A stretch of DNA of 64,000 nt from positions 53,114 through 117,113 of the IMG/VR virus record IMGVR_UViG_3300042914_003763. One strand, given 5' to 3'. The notes beneath the pieces are model-generated. The model ran no database searches. It was not told the origin of the DNA and saw only the letters and a list, made by a program, of their open reading frames with translations. The position numbers and the translations under genes were made by a program. The stretch comes from a virus. This document shows, piece after piece, positions 1 through 9,814 of the stretch. Positions within the stretch are counted from its first letter, which is position 1; every line of letters starts with the position of its first letter.

Positions 1-2
1 CT

Positions 3-200
3 GCTTTAGATTTTAATGCTAGTGGTGCTGGTTTATTGTTAGATGTTGTAACCACTGTGTCACTATTAACTATTCCTTTATCGCCAATAGTTAATATTGC
101 AACATTACCAAGTTCAACATCTATTCCAATTACAATAACCAATCTTTCTGGATCAACAGGAACAGTACAAGTAACTTTAACAATAATGGAGATTGAATAA
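3..200 (+). CDS. C-terminal part of a tail/tail-fibre-type virion protein (5' end outside the window)
   Basis: Open frame ALDFNASGAGLLLDVVTT...ITITNLSGSTGTVQVTLTIMEIE* ends at TAA 198-200, overlapping the next ATG; resembles C-terminal domains of cyanophage tail proteins. Confidence 0.55.
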   Translation, partial: ALDFNASGAGLLLDVVTTVSLLTIPLSPIVNIATLPSSTSIPITITNLSGSTGTVQVTLTIMEIE

Positions 201-997
201 TGCCTAATGCAGTAATTACATCAACTACATTCAGTGCCGATGGTACTCAAGCATCTATCATAAATCAACTTAATACAGCAATGTTAACGGCTGGGTTTAC
301 TCAGATTGATAGTTTTGTGACGGCAGGTAACGAACAAAGGGTATGGCAATTTGATGCAGATCCTGCTGATACCTTATATGGTAAAATGACAATTCACGGG
401 GGTTTCAGTGCTACTACCACTTTACGAGTAAGAGGATATTCTTCATATACACCTGCCACAGATTCAGGACTGAATGAAAGCACTACATCATCAACAGGTG
501 CAGCAGCTTTAACTTCAACCTACACTTTGTACATCTGCAATCATCCCGAAGTAAGAGGTGTAATCATGATGGAAGGTTCAACATTCAGGAAGTTTTTTGG
601 TTATATGCGACCATCGGTTAAACCACCTGCTTGGGGTGATTTTACTTATGGTTTTATGGATTCAGGTACAAACCCTTATGTTTCTTCATCTCTACAGACA
701 ATATCATCTTTAAGACCTGCTACGGTTAGTGTTTCAATTGGTACTGTCGGATATATTAACAATACTACACCAAACATAGAAATATGGAATGGGAGACCTT
801 TTATAACCAACTGCTTGCTATCGGACATCACAAATACAAAACCTATCGCTTTTTTTAGCAATGATATTATCTCTGTAGGTATGTCAGGAATGAATATTTT
901 AAATGAATTTTTTAATCCTATAACTAACTCTACCTATACTATCTTTGATAATCCAGGAGCTTCATCCAGAATGGCAATAAAAACAGCAGGAGCGTAA
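200..997 (+). CDS. Putative virion/tail protein
   Basis: 265 aa, T/S/G-rich, coupled to the upstream gene by TAATG, structural-operon context. Confidence 0.55.
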   Translation: MPNAVITSTTFSADGTQASIINQLNTAMLTAGFTQIDSFVTAGNEQRVWQFDADPADTLYGKMTIHGGFSATTTLRVRGYSSYTPATDSGLNESTTSSTGAAALTSTYTLYICNHPEVRGVIMMEGSTFRKFFGYMRPSVKPPAWGDFTYGFMDSGTNPYVSSSLQTISSLRPATVSVSIGTVGYINNTTPNIEIWNGRPFITNCLLSDITNTKPIAFFSNDIISVGMSGMNILNEFFNPITNSTYTIFDNPGASSRMAIKTAGA

Positions 998-998
998 T

Positions 999-1196
999 AT
1001 GGAAGGTTTGTTTTATCTAAATTCTTATGTTGTAGGTGTTATAAGAAGAACAGCAAATCCATTCTTGAATACATATACGTCAGCAATTAGAAAACAGACA
1101 GGAACTTTTTCATTAATAGGTACGGGAGGTGGTGAATCTACATCTGTAACTGTACCAACTACAGGGCAAATTTATCCACGAACGATAAATATTTAA
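999..1196 (+). CDS. Small virion-associated protein
   Basis: 65 aa, GGAG RBS upstream, ends in PTTGQIYPR. Confidence 0.5.
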   Translation: MEGLFYLNSYVVGVIRRTANPFLNTYTSAIRKQTGTFSLIGTGGGESTSVTVPTTGQIYPRTINI

Positions 1197-1232
1197 TGAG
1201 TGTCAGTGGGTGAAATTCCCACTTTTTAATAT

Positions 1233-2885
1233 ATGAACGAACGTAAACTAATAGATGAAATTAAGCTATCACTTCAACAAGAAGTTATTGCTGGTTATTG
1301 GAATGGTAAAGTATTTGTTAGTGATGACAAGAAAACATATACTAACATTATTTCTAACTCTCAACCTATTGGAGTAGGTTTCATAGTACCTTATGAGGGT
1401 AGATGGTTACTTGTTGTTGGTAATAGTAATAGTGAAGGTAGAAAAAATATTATTAATAGTAAGAGAAGTAGACGTAAACCTTTGATAGAGGAATTAGTCT
1501 ATCCTGTTATTACTTTATTTAATATTGATCAAACTTTTGAAAACTCATTTGAAAAAGAAACTAGATGGGTATATTTAGGTGGGAATAAACCAAGTAATAG
1601 ATTAGCAGTTAGAAATGGAGAGGATGTGGAGTTTATAAATATTCCTTTTGAGATAGAGGGAGAAGTTACAACAGCAATAAGAGGTTTTATATCAAGTAAA
1701 GATATTTATTTTAAATATAATGTTGGAATGCTAATCACTTTTTTATCAATTATAAATAAACAGAAAATAATGACAACAATAGAATTAACTGGAGGTACAG
1801 ATGTAGGAATGTGTGAGATATATAAAGGTGACGGGTTATGGGAATCAAGTCAATTTATCTCACGAAATCAAATGCACCCCGTCACAGTAAATGGAGAATT
1901 TTTAACATTTTCTCGTTCAGAACAAAATGGATCTGTTTACGCAACTTGGAACGGTAACTTTTCTTGGGAAAGAACAAGTCCATCTCCATTGTTTCCCAAC
2001 CAATTTCCACCATCCTATACAGATACAGTTATTGCGTCCTTACCTGTTTTGAACTTTAAAGAGGATTACTTTTTACAAGATTTAAGTTTCGTGATAGAGG
2101 CTGAGGGCGGCATTCCTTTGAACAATAAAATATATACAGAGGAGACAAACAACATCACTTTAGTTAACAAAAAAACTGGAGCATCACGAGCTATTAACTC
2201 TGATGATTATATTCGTATAGCTAGTTATTTTACTGATGAAATAACAGATACAAGTGGTGTAATTACCGCTTTATCGAGATATCTGCCAAATTTGCAACCT
2301 GAATACATGATAGGTATGCCAATACTTTTTTATTATGATGATCATTTACATTATGGATTCATAGAAAATGCTGTTATAGTAACTGGATTTTCATCCAATG
2401 GACGGGAATTTGTAGATCAAGGATTGAGAGTAACAATGTCATTTACTAAAAAAGTAAAACGTCCTTGTAGCTTCATTGGATTAATAGGACACAATGGTTC
2501 TTTCTTCAATTATTTCTATAAAAATAGCCCAGGGTTTATAAGATTAAGACCAGATTTTATAGGTTTTGATAATATAGAAGTTTTTTGTGGCCAATACGAA
2601 AAATTTACAAACATAAATGATAGTCACTTACTTCATTTAGATTGTACTAGGATAGTACATTTAGATACATTAAAAGGTAATAAAATCTATTCAGTTATAT
2701 CACCTAGAAAAGATTTAGAAGGAAAAATATTAGGAGAGTTAAAGGATACTGTCTACATAGAAGTCTGGAAGATAACAGAAGACGGTAAAATACTGTATTC
2801 TGACTTGATAACAGCTAATTATAACAACCTCAAAGAATCTCGATTTGATTTTAAAAATATTTATGCACACAATTATGTGTTGTAA
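1233..2885 (+). CDS. Hypothetical protein, probably structural
   Basis: 550 aa ORF in the + strand operon; no recognised motif. Confidence 0.55.
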   Translation: MNERKLIDEIKLSLQQEVIAGYWNGKVFVSDDKKTYTNIISNSQPIGVGFIVPYEGRWLLVVGNSNSEGRKNIINSKRSRRKPLIEELVYPVITLFNIDQTFENSFEKETRWVYLGGNKPSNRLAVRNGEDVEFINIPFEIEGEVTTAIRGFISSKDIYFKYNVGMLITFLSIINKQKIMTTIELTGGTDVGMCEIYKGDGLWESSQFISRNQMHPVTVNGEFLTFSRSEQNGSVYATWNGNFSWERTSPSPLFPNQFPPSYTDTVIASLPVLNFKEDYFLQDLSFVIEAEGGIPLNNKIYTEETNNITLVNKKTGASRAINSDDYIRIASYFTDEITDTSGVITALSRYLPNLQPEYMIGMPILFYYDDHLHYGFIENAVIVTGFSSNGREFVDQGLRVTMSFTKKVKRPCSFIGLIGHNGSFFNYFYKNSPGFIRLRPDFIGFDNIEVFCGQYEKFTNINDSHLLHLDCTRIVHLDTLKGNKIYSVISPRKDLEGKILGELKDTVYIEVWKITEDGKILYSDLITANYNNLKESRFDFKNIYAHNYVL

Positions 2886-2970
2886 TAATAACATTATTAA
2901 TTTTGTGTCATATGATTACAGTTATCATCCTGCATAATAGTAATAGATAACATATTAAATTAATGTAACT

Positions 2971-4326
2971 GTGAATAACTTATTTCTAACTTCCAAGATT
3001 ACAGCATTAACAACAGGAGTAGTACAAACTTTAAGCAATCCTAATAAACATACAATAAAAGAATATAAGGAAACATTACGTAATCCTTGGTTACGTGCTT
3101 GCATTAGAATGAAAGGTCAACGTGCTGCTAACTCAATAGGAGAATACCAATTTAAGAATAAAGAGATAGAAAAATGGGTTAAAAATAACATTAACAACGT
3201 ACATGGTAACTTACGTGAATTAGTTGGTGTGTTAGCTAGTGGTGCTAGTGCATTTGGACATATGGCAGTTGAAACAGCTAAGGAACGTAAGTACGGTAAT
3301 AAGTTCCGTAAAATTGAATGGCACTTAGGTGGATTTAACGTATTAGATCCTGAACGAGTACATTATGCAGGTAACTATGGCGCAATTAGTTATGTTAAAT
3401 ATCAAGATGCTGTTAGAGAATTATATATACCTTATGAAAAATGTCTTCATATTACTAACTCAGGAACATTAGACTTTAATAATGGTAGTGTTTATGGCGA
3501 TCCAGATTGTGAAGTAGCTTTTCCTTACGTTAAGTTGTATAACATTATAATGTCTGAAATGGCTATTAGTGCTAAGACATTAGCTACTGGTATTATTGTT
3601 GGATTAGCAGATGGAGATAATACAGTTTACTTGTATGACAATAACGGTGATCCGTTACGTGATAGTAATAACAACTTAATCAAACGTAATGCAGTACAAC
3701 ATCTAGCTGATCAACTAAAACAACTAGAAAATAGAAGTCATATTGTTACGGATAAGAAAAATAGTGTTGTACCATTACAAATACCAGCAGGTGAACAGTT
3801 CTGGACAATTAGCGAGAATATGTTGAAACGTAATATATTTGCTAGTTGCGGTGTTCCAGTAATGGTATTTGATGAAGGTAGTAGTGCAATAGCTACTGCA
3901 ACATTAAGTGTGAAACAAGAAACAACTCTTGATACCACTATTGCTGATATAGTGGCGCAAATTAAGGATCAATTGATAGAAAAAGTTATACGTCCGTTGA
4001 TTGTTGCTAATTTTGGTAAGCAATCCGACTATGGCGATTTCGTAGTTCAAGCAAGCGCAGATCCAGCACAAGACAGCTTAATAACCAGCAACTTGATGAC
4101 AGCATTCAGTCTTGGATTGTTACAATCAAGTGATATTGATGCAGTTAACGCATTACGTGAAAGGTTGAAACTACCACCTGTAACACCCGAACAACAGCAA
4201 CAACAAGCACAAATGACAGCTATGTTACAACAATTGCAACAACCTGCTGCACCTGAAGCTGACCCTAATAGTCAACCTCAAGAACAACAGGATGAAAGTT
4301 ATGATCAGCAATATCTAGCAGCGTAA
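2971..4326 (+). CDS. Phage portal protein (DUF935/Mu gp29-like)
   Basis: 451 aa with portal-type segments GASAFGHMAVE, DPERVHY, YGDPDCE, NIFASCGVP and LIEKVIRPLIVANFG; Q/P-rich tail. Confidence 0.75.
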   Translation: MNNLFLTSKITALTTGVVQTLSNPNKHTIKEYKETLRNPWLRACIRMKGQRAANSIGEYQFKNKEIEKWVKNNINNVHGNLRELVGVLASGASAFGHMAVETAKERKYGNKFRKIEWHLGGFNVLDPERVHYAGNYGAISYVKYQDAVRELYIPYEKCLHITNSGTLDFNNGSVYGDPDCEVAFPYVKLYNIIMSEMAISAKTLATGIIVGLADGDNTVYLYDNNGDPLRDSNNNLIKRNAVQHLADQLKQLENRSHIVTDKKNSVVPLQIPAGEQFWTISENMLKRNIFASCGVPVMVFDEGSSAIATATLSVKQETTLDTTIADIVAQIKDQLIEKVIRPLIVANFGKQSDYGDFVVQASADPAQDSLITSNLMTAFSLGLLQSSDIDAVNALRERLKLPPVTPEQQQQQAQMTAMLQQLQQPAAPEADPNSQPQEQQDESYDQQYLAA

Positions 4327-4442
4327 TCAAGAGATAGAGAAAATAAGGTGCATTTAGAGGATGCTGCTATTTAATCATTATTTGTAATTGCTTATCATAA
4401 CTACTCCCGTATTGTTTCTTTACATTCTTGTAACCAGATGTT

Positions 4443-4760
4443 TTAATCTTCATCTGTGTATTCTATTTCGACATTTTCTTCAGAATTATGTTCTTGTAAC
4501 TCGATGTAACTTGTTACACTATTATTTTCCAAATTAAATTCAATTACTTCAAGTAAGTCTTTTTTGTGATAGATAAAGCAACCATGATTCTCTGTGTAAA
4601 TAATAATCCACTCATCATCAACTTCACTAACAAACGATCTGACCCAACAACCTCTACTACCATCAACGTGCATCCAATGTACTTGATTAGTAAAGTCATC
4701 ATAAGTTAAATTACTTTCCTTATGCCTTGCAAAATCCGTAACGTCTAAATAACTCATCAT
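4443..4760 (-). CDS. Hypothetical protein
   Basis: 105 aa ORF overlapping its neighbour by ATGA. Confidence 0.5.
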   Translation of the reverse strand: MMSYLDVTDFARHKESNLTYDDFTNQVHWMHVDGSRGCWVRSFVSEVDDEWIIIYTENHGCFIYHKKDLLEVIEFNLENNSVTSYIELQEHNSEENVEIEYTDED

Positions 4761-4978
4761 AAATACTTTTTCACTCCTAACTTACCTTCTTTTCCATGAC
4801 CATTACTAACGTTATATAACTGATAAACCTTATTATCATTACGATAAATACCACAACGTTCGTATTTAATTAACAAATCATCTAACGCAACAAATAGATA
4901 ACTTACATCACCTTCATACAATGTGTATTCTTGGTTGAATACGTCATCTAAAACTTCACTAACAGTTGTTACAATCAT
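4757..4978 (-). CDS. Hypothetical protein
   Basis: 73 aa ORF in the - strand gene run. Confidence 0.5.
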   Translation of the reverse strand: MIVTTVSEVLDDVFNQEYTLYEGDVSYLFVALDDLLIKYERCGIYRNDNKVYQLYNVSNGHGKEGKLGVKKYL

Positions 4979-5043
4979 AGTTTTTATAATAGATAGAAAA
5001 ATAATGGTGCGGCGTTCAATCTAATTCGCCGCTTACTTGTGAA

Positions 5044-5352
5044 TTACTTAACTACTTTAATGCTGTTATCTTTCAACAACAACATTACTTCATCTAACTT
5101 ACTTTTTTCTACCTCTATTAAGATAGTTGTAGTTGTTTGTTTTTTCTTCCATAACTTAAACGCTGATTCAAACTCAATTCTAAAATTAACAGCATCATTA
5201 ACAAAGTAACCTAACTCTGTTAATTCGTATTCTTCATCGTCATTAAGTACCCATATATTAGGATACTTATCACAATCCCATAATATATCTGCTGGTAATT
5301 CAAATGTATCGTCATTCCAAAACTGTTTAATTTCACTACCTAATACTTTCAT
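5044..5352 (-). CDS. Hypothetical protein
   Basis: 102 aa, AGGAG RBS. Confidence 0.55.
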   Translation of the reverse strand: MKVLGSEIKQFWNDDTFELPADILWDCDKYPNIWVLNDDEEYELTELGYFVNDAVNFRIEFESAFKLWKKKQTTTTILIEVEKSKLDEVMLLLKDNSIKVVK

Positions 5353-5392
5353 AACTAATCTCCTAATTTAATTAATGTATCTCTAATCGTAA

Positions 5393-5611
5393 TTAGTCTT
5401 CTTGTGGTGTCGGTACAAATTTATAATTTAACTTCAATAAATTTTGCATAGTAGCATAACCAGGACTACCATTATGTTCTTTGTAATCGGGTATTGCTAA
5501 TGAATGTTCGTTATATCTAACACCATTAGCACCTGTTTCAGTAACATCAACATACAATATTAAGTTACCACTACTTTCACGTCTCCATTGCATTAATTTA
5601 CTGTGGGACAT
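5393..5611 (-). CDS. Hypothetical protein
   Basis: 72 aa, AGGAG RBS. Confidence 0.55.
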   Translation of the reverse strand: MSHSKLMQWRRESSGNLILYVDVTETGANGVRYNEHSLAIPDYKEHNGSPGYATMQNLLKLNYKFVPTPQED

Positions 5612-5861
5612 AATACACTCCTACAATTACGTTATTGTTATACATATTGTCATAAGTTAAGTTAGTAACTTGTAGTTGTAATTCTTGATTAGCAATTGAA
5701 AGATTAGTTGCTAACTTAACAAAGTGTTTAGCTAGATTAGCTAATTCTTCCTTACTACACTTACCACTGTCAATATGATCAAGTAACTTAACTTCATTAA
5801 TCTTTGTTTGTAACTTTGACTTAGCTAAGATATCATCCATGATTAGTAACTCCTTGTTCAA
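5598..5861 (-). CDS. Small helical protein (weak NblA-like pattern)
   Basis: Two predicted helices; probable true start at MDDILAK. Confidence 0.45.
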   Translation of the reverse strand: MNKELLIMDDILAKSKLQTKINEVKLLDHIDSGKCSKEELANLAKHFVKLATNLSIANQELQLQVTNLTYDNMYNNNVIVGVYYVPQ

Positions 5862-6312
5862 TTAGATAACACATTCCTATAGCAGCACTATCACTACTAT
5901 GATCAGATAGAAAAATAGACTTATCAACTTTAAAATAATTAGCAGCGTTACTAGCTACTAATTCTTTATCAGCTTTACCATCTCCTGTTACTTGTTTCTT
6001 TATATGAGTAGCACTATATGAAATTATAGTAGCACCAACTTTAGCAGCATTAAGTTTAATAACACCTAATGCTTGACTAATGTTAGTACCATTAACACCT
6101 CTACCAATGAAACAAGGTTCTTCATACACAAATACTTCAGGTTTGTACTTATTAAATAACTCGCCGTACTTGTTATCTATATTAAGTAACTTATCCTGAA
6201 GTAATTTGTGTTTACTAACTACATCACCTACTTCTAATATAGTTAAGGTTGTTGTGTCAATAACACAGTAACTATTATTTATAACACCACAATCAGTTCC
6301 GATTAATATCAT
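5833..6312 (-). CDS. ruvC: RuvC-like Holliday junction resolvase
   Basis: ILIGTDCG, FVYEE, IKKQVTGDGKADKELV and DHSSDSAAI motifs. Confidence 0.85.
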   Translation of the reverse strand: MILIGTDCGVINNSYCVIDTTTLTILEVGDVVSKHKLLQDKLLNIDNKYGELFNKYKPEVFVYEEPCFIGRGVNGTNISQALGVIKLNAAKVGATIISYSATHIKKQVTGDGKADKELVASNAANYFKVDKSIFLSDHSSDSAAIGMCYLIEQGVTNHG

Positions 6313-6463
6313 AATGATATTACAATAAGGTAATTGTTAATATCATAACAATATTAATCAATCAATCTTCTAACGCTCATTGTAATACTTTATTAAATTA
6401 CTCTACTTTATCAATAGTTCCATTAAGTGCGGCGATCAACTCTTCTACTGTTATTAGTTTCAT

Positions 6464-6958
6464 TTATTTTCTCCTCACATAGTCAACATAACTGTAACCA
6501 TCATTCATTACTGTTTTTTCTATCTCCCATTCGCTATTCACGAATCGAAAATAAGTATCAGCATCGGGAAAATCTTGAAAAATATGAGTAATATACATCT
6601 TCTCCACATGAGGTAGAAAAATATTGTATATCTGTGAACCACCAATTACAAACACATCTTTCTTGAAACTTTTAGCAAGTTGTAATGCAGTAGCAGGATT
6701 ATTAACATAGTACAACTTACCAAAGTCATCAGTGCTAACATCGTAGTTCAAAGCTGATGATGTGAGTACGATATTGATACGATTAGCGAGTCTCTGACCA
6801 CCCAAATCGCCATCAAAAGTTCTTTTACCTACAATGACAACGGTATCAGTTGTAAGCTGCTTGAATCGTCTCTTATCGTCTCTATTGTTCCACACCAAAC
6901 CACCATTAGCACCAAGTTCACCGTTATGTCCAATTGCTGCTATTAAGTTAATCGTCAT
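6464..6958 (-). CDS. folA: Dihydrofolate reductase
   Basis: LIAAIGHNGELG..GGLVW, DKRRFKQLT, VIVGKRTF, LANRINIVLT, FVIGGSQIY, ADTYF. Confidence 0.92.
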   Translation of the reverse strand: MTINLIAAIGHNGELGANGGLVWNNRDDKRRFKQLTTDTVVIVGKRTFDGDLGGQRLANRINIVLTSSALNYDVSTDDFGKLYYVNNPATALQLAKSFKKDVFVIGGSQIYNIFLPHVEKMYITHIFQDFPDADTYFRFVNSEWEIEKTVMNDGYSYVDYVRRK

Positions 6959-7232
6959 TTTCTTTTTCTACCTCATACATATCAAATAAACTTTTTACGT
7001 AAAGTAAACCACGTAAATAACCTTCAGTTTCTACAGCATTAATTGTTAGATGATGATCGTTCTTTAGTTCATCAATTAAACGTCTAGTGTTTTCAATTTC
7101 ACAATATAATTCTCCATTAACATCTTCGTAGATATCACCTTGTCTAATTAGACTCGCTGTTTTATTTCTAACTAATTGATCAACTTTCTTATTGATATAA
7201 GATTCTAATTCTTGTAGTAAGTTATCTTTCAT
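6948..7232 (-). CDS. Hypothetical protein
   Basis: 94 aa ORF with GAGG RBS. Confidence 0.5.
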   Translation of the reverse strand: MKDNLLQELESYINKKVDQLVRNKTASLIRQGDIYEDVNGELYCEIENTRRLIDELKNDHHLTINAVETEGYLRGLLYVKSLFDMYEVEKENDD

Positions 7233-7234
7233 AA

Positions 7235-7448
7235 TTAACCTCTTCTAATATAATCACGCCAAGATTCATCATTAAACTTTAAGTCAACTCGTAATTGTTT
7301 AACTTGTAGTTCTAAGTTGTTAATTCTATTATCTTTTGCTTCAATTCTATTAACAAAGTATTCATACATGATTAACAACAGTTTCTTTTCTTGTTCTGTT
7401 AATTCAACATTAATACGTTCTTTAAGCCAACGTTGAAAGTTTTTTCAT
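7235..7448 (-). pseudogene. Small gene frameshifted in an A6 run just after the ATG
   Basis: ATG-AAAAAA-CTTT; deleting one A gives MKNFQRWLKERINVELTEQEKK...WRDYIRRG*, which fills the intergenic gap. Confidence 0.55.
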
Positions 7449-7465
7449 GTCTGATGTTCACTACT

Positions 7466-7765
7466 TTACCAAGTTAATCCTAAGTTATCAGCATTACCTC
7501 TACAAGTAAAGTTAGGATTATTATGACAAATCCAACTCTTACTAACTTGTAGTTGTAGTTCTGGTGATTGTTGTTTTAAAGCTTCACTACATTCAATATA
7601 AAGTTTACAAGTTACTGCACAATCTGAACATGACTTTGGTAGTAGTGGTAGTTCTCTATTATCATAATTTAACATCCTCATAAAGTATTCTTCATTGTAT
7701 TCAGTTTTTGGAGTGATATTACATTTAATTTTTTTCATTTTTCTATCTCTTAATTCTATAAACAA
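7466..7765 (-). CDS. Cys-rich hypothetical protein (possible metal-binding)
   Basis: CSDCA...WICH...CRG. Confidence 0.5.
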   Translation of the reverse strand: MFIELRDRKMKKIKCNITPKTEYNEEYFMRMLNYDNRELPLLPKSCSDCAVTCKLYIECSEALKQQSPELQLQVSKSWICHNNPNFTCRGNADNLGLTW

Positions 7766-8519
7766 TCATTTCTTTAACAGGTGTTCTATCACCATTACAA
7801 CTAATACTTCGTGGTGCAATAACATCACTAACTATGAAATCAGCATCACTATATAACTTAACTAACGTATCATCATAACTATTACTAGCTATAACAGTAC
7901 AGTTAAGTTGGGATAACCAATTAACTAATCGTAGTTGATCTTCCCATTTGAAGTCTTGTTGTGCATATTTAGTGAATACATTATAGTAAGGTGGATCTAC
8001 ATATACAAAATCATCATCATTAATCTCAAGTTGTTCAAAATCACTACAAGAGAAACAATAGGTAGAAAAAAGATTAGTGTAGTTAGTGAAGTCTTGTAGC
8101 AACTTAACTGTTTTGTATTTACCGTATGGTACATTAAATTCTCCTTTGTTATTGAATCTACAAAGACCATTGAAACAATGTTTGTTTAGATAGTAAAACA
8201 ATAACGCCGCATCTTTAGTTAAGTAGTTATTTTCTTCTATCCAAATATTAAACTGATTACGCCAAGTGTAATAGTAACTTTCATCATTAACAAACAAATC
8301 TAAGTTAATATCTAGTTGTTGTTGTATTTGTTTATAGAGGTTAATTAAGTGAGGATTAACGTCATTAAGTAATGCAACTTCTGGTTCAATATGTAATGTA
8401 ACAGCACTAGCACCACAAAACGGTTCAACTAATCGTTTATAGCTACCAGCATAATAATGTTCTGCTATATGATTAGCAAGGTGTCCTTTTGATCCACACC
8501 ATTTTAACAAGGGTTTCAT
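7743..8519 (-). CDS. dam: Dam-family (D12 class) DNA adenine methyltransferase
   Basis: LKWCGSK, LVEPFCGASAV, FNGLCRFN..GEFNVPYG, YVDPPY. Confidence 0.92.
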   Translation of the reverse strand: MKPLLKWCGSKGHLANHIAEHYYAGSYKRLVEPFCGASAVTLHIEPEVALLNDVNPHLINLYKQIQQQLDINLDLFVNDESYYYTWRNQFNIWIEENNYLTKDAALLFYYLNKHCFNGLCRFNNKGEFNVPYGKYKTVKLLQDFTNYTNLFSTYCFSCSDFEQLEINDDDFVYVDPPYYNVFTKYAQQDFKWEDQLRLVNWLSQLNCTVIASNSYDDTLVKLYSDADFIVSDVIAPRSISCNGDRTPVKEMIVYRIKR

Positions 8520-8660
8520 AACTACTCTCCATAAGGAAATAACACTAACAATGGTAAGCTACAGATGGTCGCAATAGTAAAGCTGTAATAATCACCAGCT
8601 AACCATCTGTCACATAAACCAAATGCAAAACCACCAGATAGAAAAATAAATGCTGCGAGT

Positions 8661-9002
8661 TTAATGTAAGTCATCTGTAAATACCCGATCAAATAATTTA
8701 TTTATGTTGTGTAAGTCAAATGATCCTTCATTTGTTATATTGAAACCTTCATACTTAACATAAGTTAAATCCATAAAAAGATTTATACCTACATCAATAG
8801 CTAAATTATATTCAACATCTATAACAGGTTCTTGCCAACAATGAATAATTATACTATCAACTTCTTTAATATCATGTTTATCTAAATAACTAAACAAACA
8901 TTCAACGATATTACGTAACTTCTGTATTGTTTCATTATCATAACTAGTCGTTAGTTCTTGTATTCTGTTGTTACAATACCGTAATGCTTCACTTGTCAAC
9001 AT
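8661..9002 (-). CDS. Hypothetical protein
   Basis: 113 aa ORF with GGAG RBS. Confidence 0.5.
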   Translation of the reverse strand: MLTSEALRYCNNRIQELTTSYDNETIQKLRNIVECLFSYLDKHDIKEVDSIIIHCWQEPVIDVEYNLAIDVGINLFMDLTYVKYEGFNITNEGSFDLHNINKLFDRVFTDDLH

Positions 9003-9013
9003 AACTATAACTC

Positions 9014-9772
9014 CTAATCTGGTATTCGTTTATTGCGCCGCACAAAGTCTAAAGCCGTTAGTAATCTATTATATGTTTTTTCTACCTCTTTCAGTCTATC
9101 TTCTGATATTTCATCGTTGTGTTCACTTGCAAACTGTATTTGTATAACACCATAATAATTGTTCTTTTCACCATTAACAGGAATAAGTCTAGTGTAAACA
9201 GCTTCTAATCCTATGCTATTAAGATATTGCTTGCAACCATTATCAACGTTAACATCTGAAATAGCATTACGAGTAAACTTATCTGATTGGTAAGTTAATA
9301 ACTCATCTTCTATTCCAGTTACATCAATATTCTTATAGCGTTTACGTAATGATGTTATACCAGTTTTAAGTGACTCATATGCCAGACTTAACTTAGTGAA
9401 ATGAAAACTCCCAACACTAGTACCATTATGAAACAATCCTACTACAACACGATCTGCATCAGTTAACGCTCTTAACTCAATTAATATTTGTTCTATTTTC
9501 TTCTTCTGTTGAACCGAATCCTTATTGATGTAAGCTATTATGTTACCAGTTGTTGTTTTAAGTAATCTTATTTTACTAATATGATTTTGTATCACTACTA
9601 CACTAGCTAGTAGTAACAATAATAAGTTAATAAAACTAATAGTACCTGTTTCTTTATATATTTTAATAGTATCTGTAATTAATTCTATTTCTACATTAGT
9701 ATTAGGTTCTTTAGTTGTACTTGTTGTTTGAGCAATGAACATAAAATATGATGTACGATATTGAATTACCAT
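9014..9772 (-). CDS. Single-pass membrane protein with GAF-like domain (possible T4 T-type holin)
   Basis: TM segment FINLLLLLLASVVVI followed by ELRALTDADRVVVGLFHNG...YGVIQIQF GAF pattern. Confidence 0.5.
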   Translation of the reverse strand: MVIQYRTSYFMFIAQTTSTTKEPNTNVEIELITDTIKIYKETGTISFINLLLLLLASVVVIQNHISKIRLLKTTTGNIIAYINKDSVQQKKKIEQILIELRALTDADRVVVGLFHNGTSVGSFHFTKLSLAYESLKTGITSLRKRYKNIDVTGIEDELLTYQSDKFTRNAISDVNVDNGCKQYLNSIGLEAVYTRLIPVNGEKNNYYGVIQIQFASEHNDEISEDRLKEVEKTYNRLLTALDFVRRNKRIPD

Positions 9773-9814
9773 ACATCATATTTTAACTGATTACCGTAAT
9801 ACTACTACAATAGT

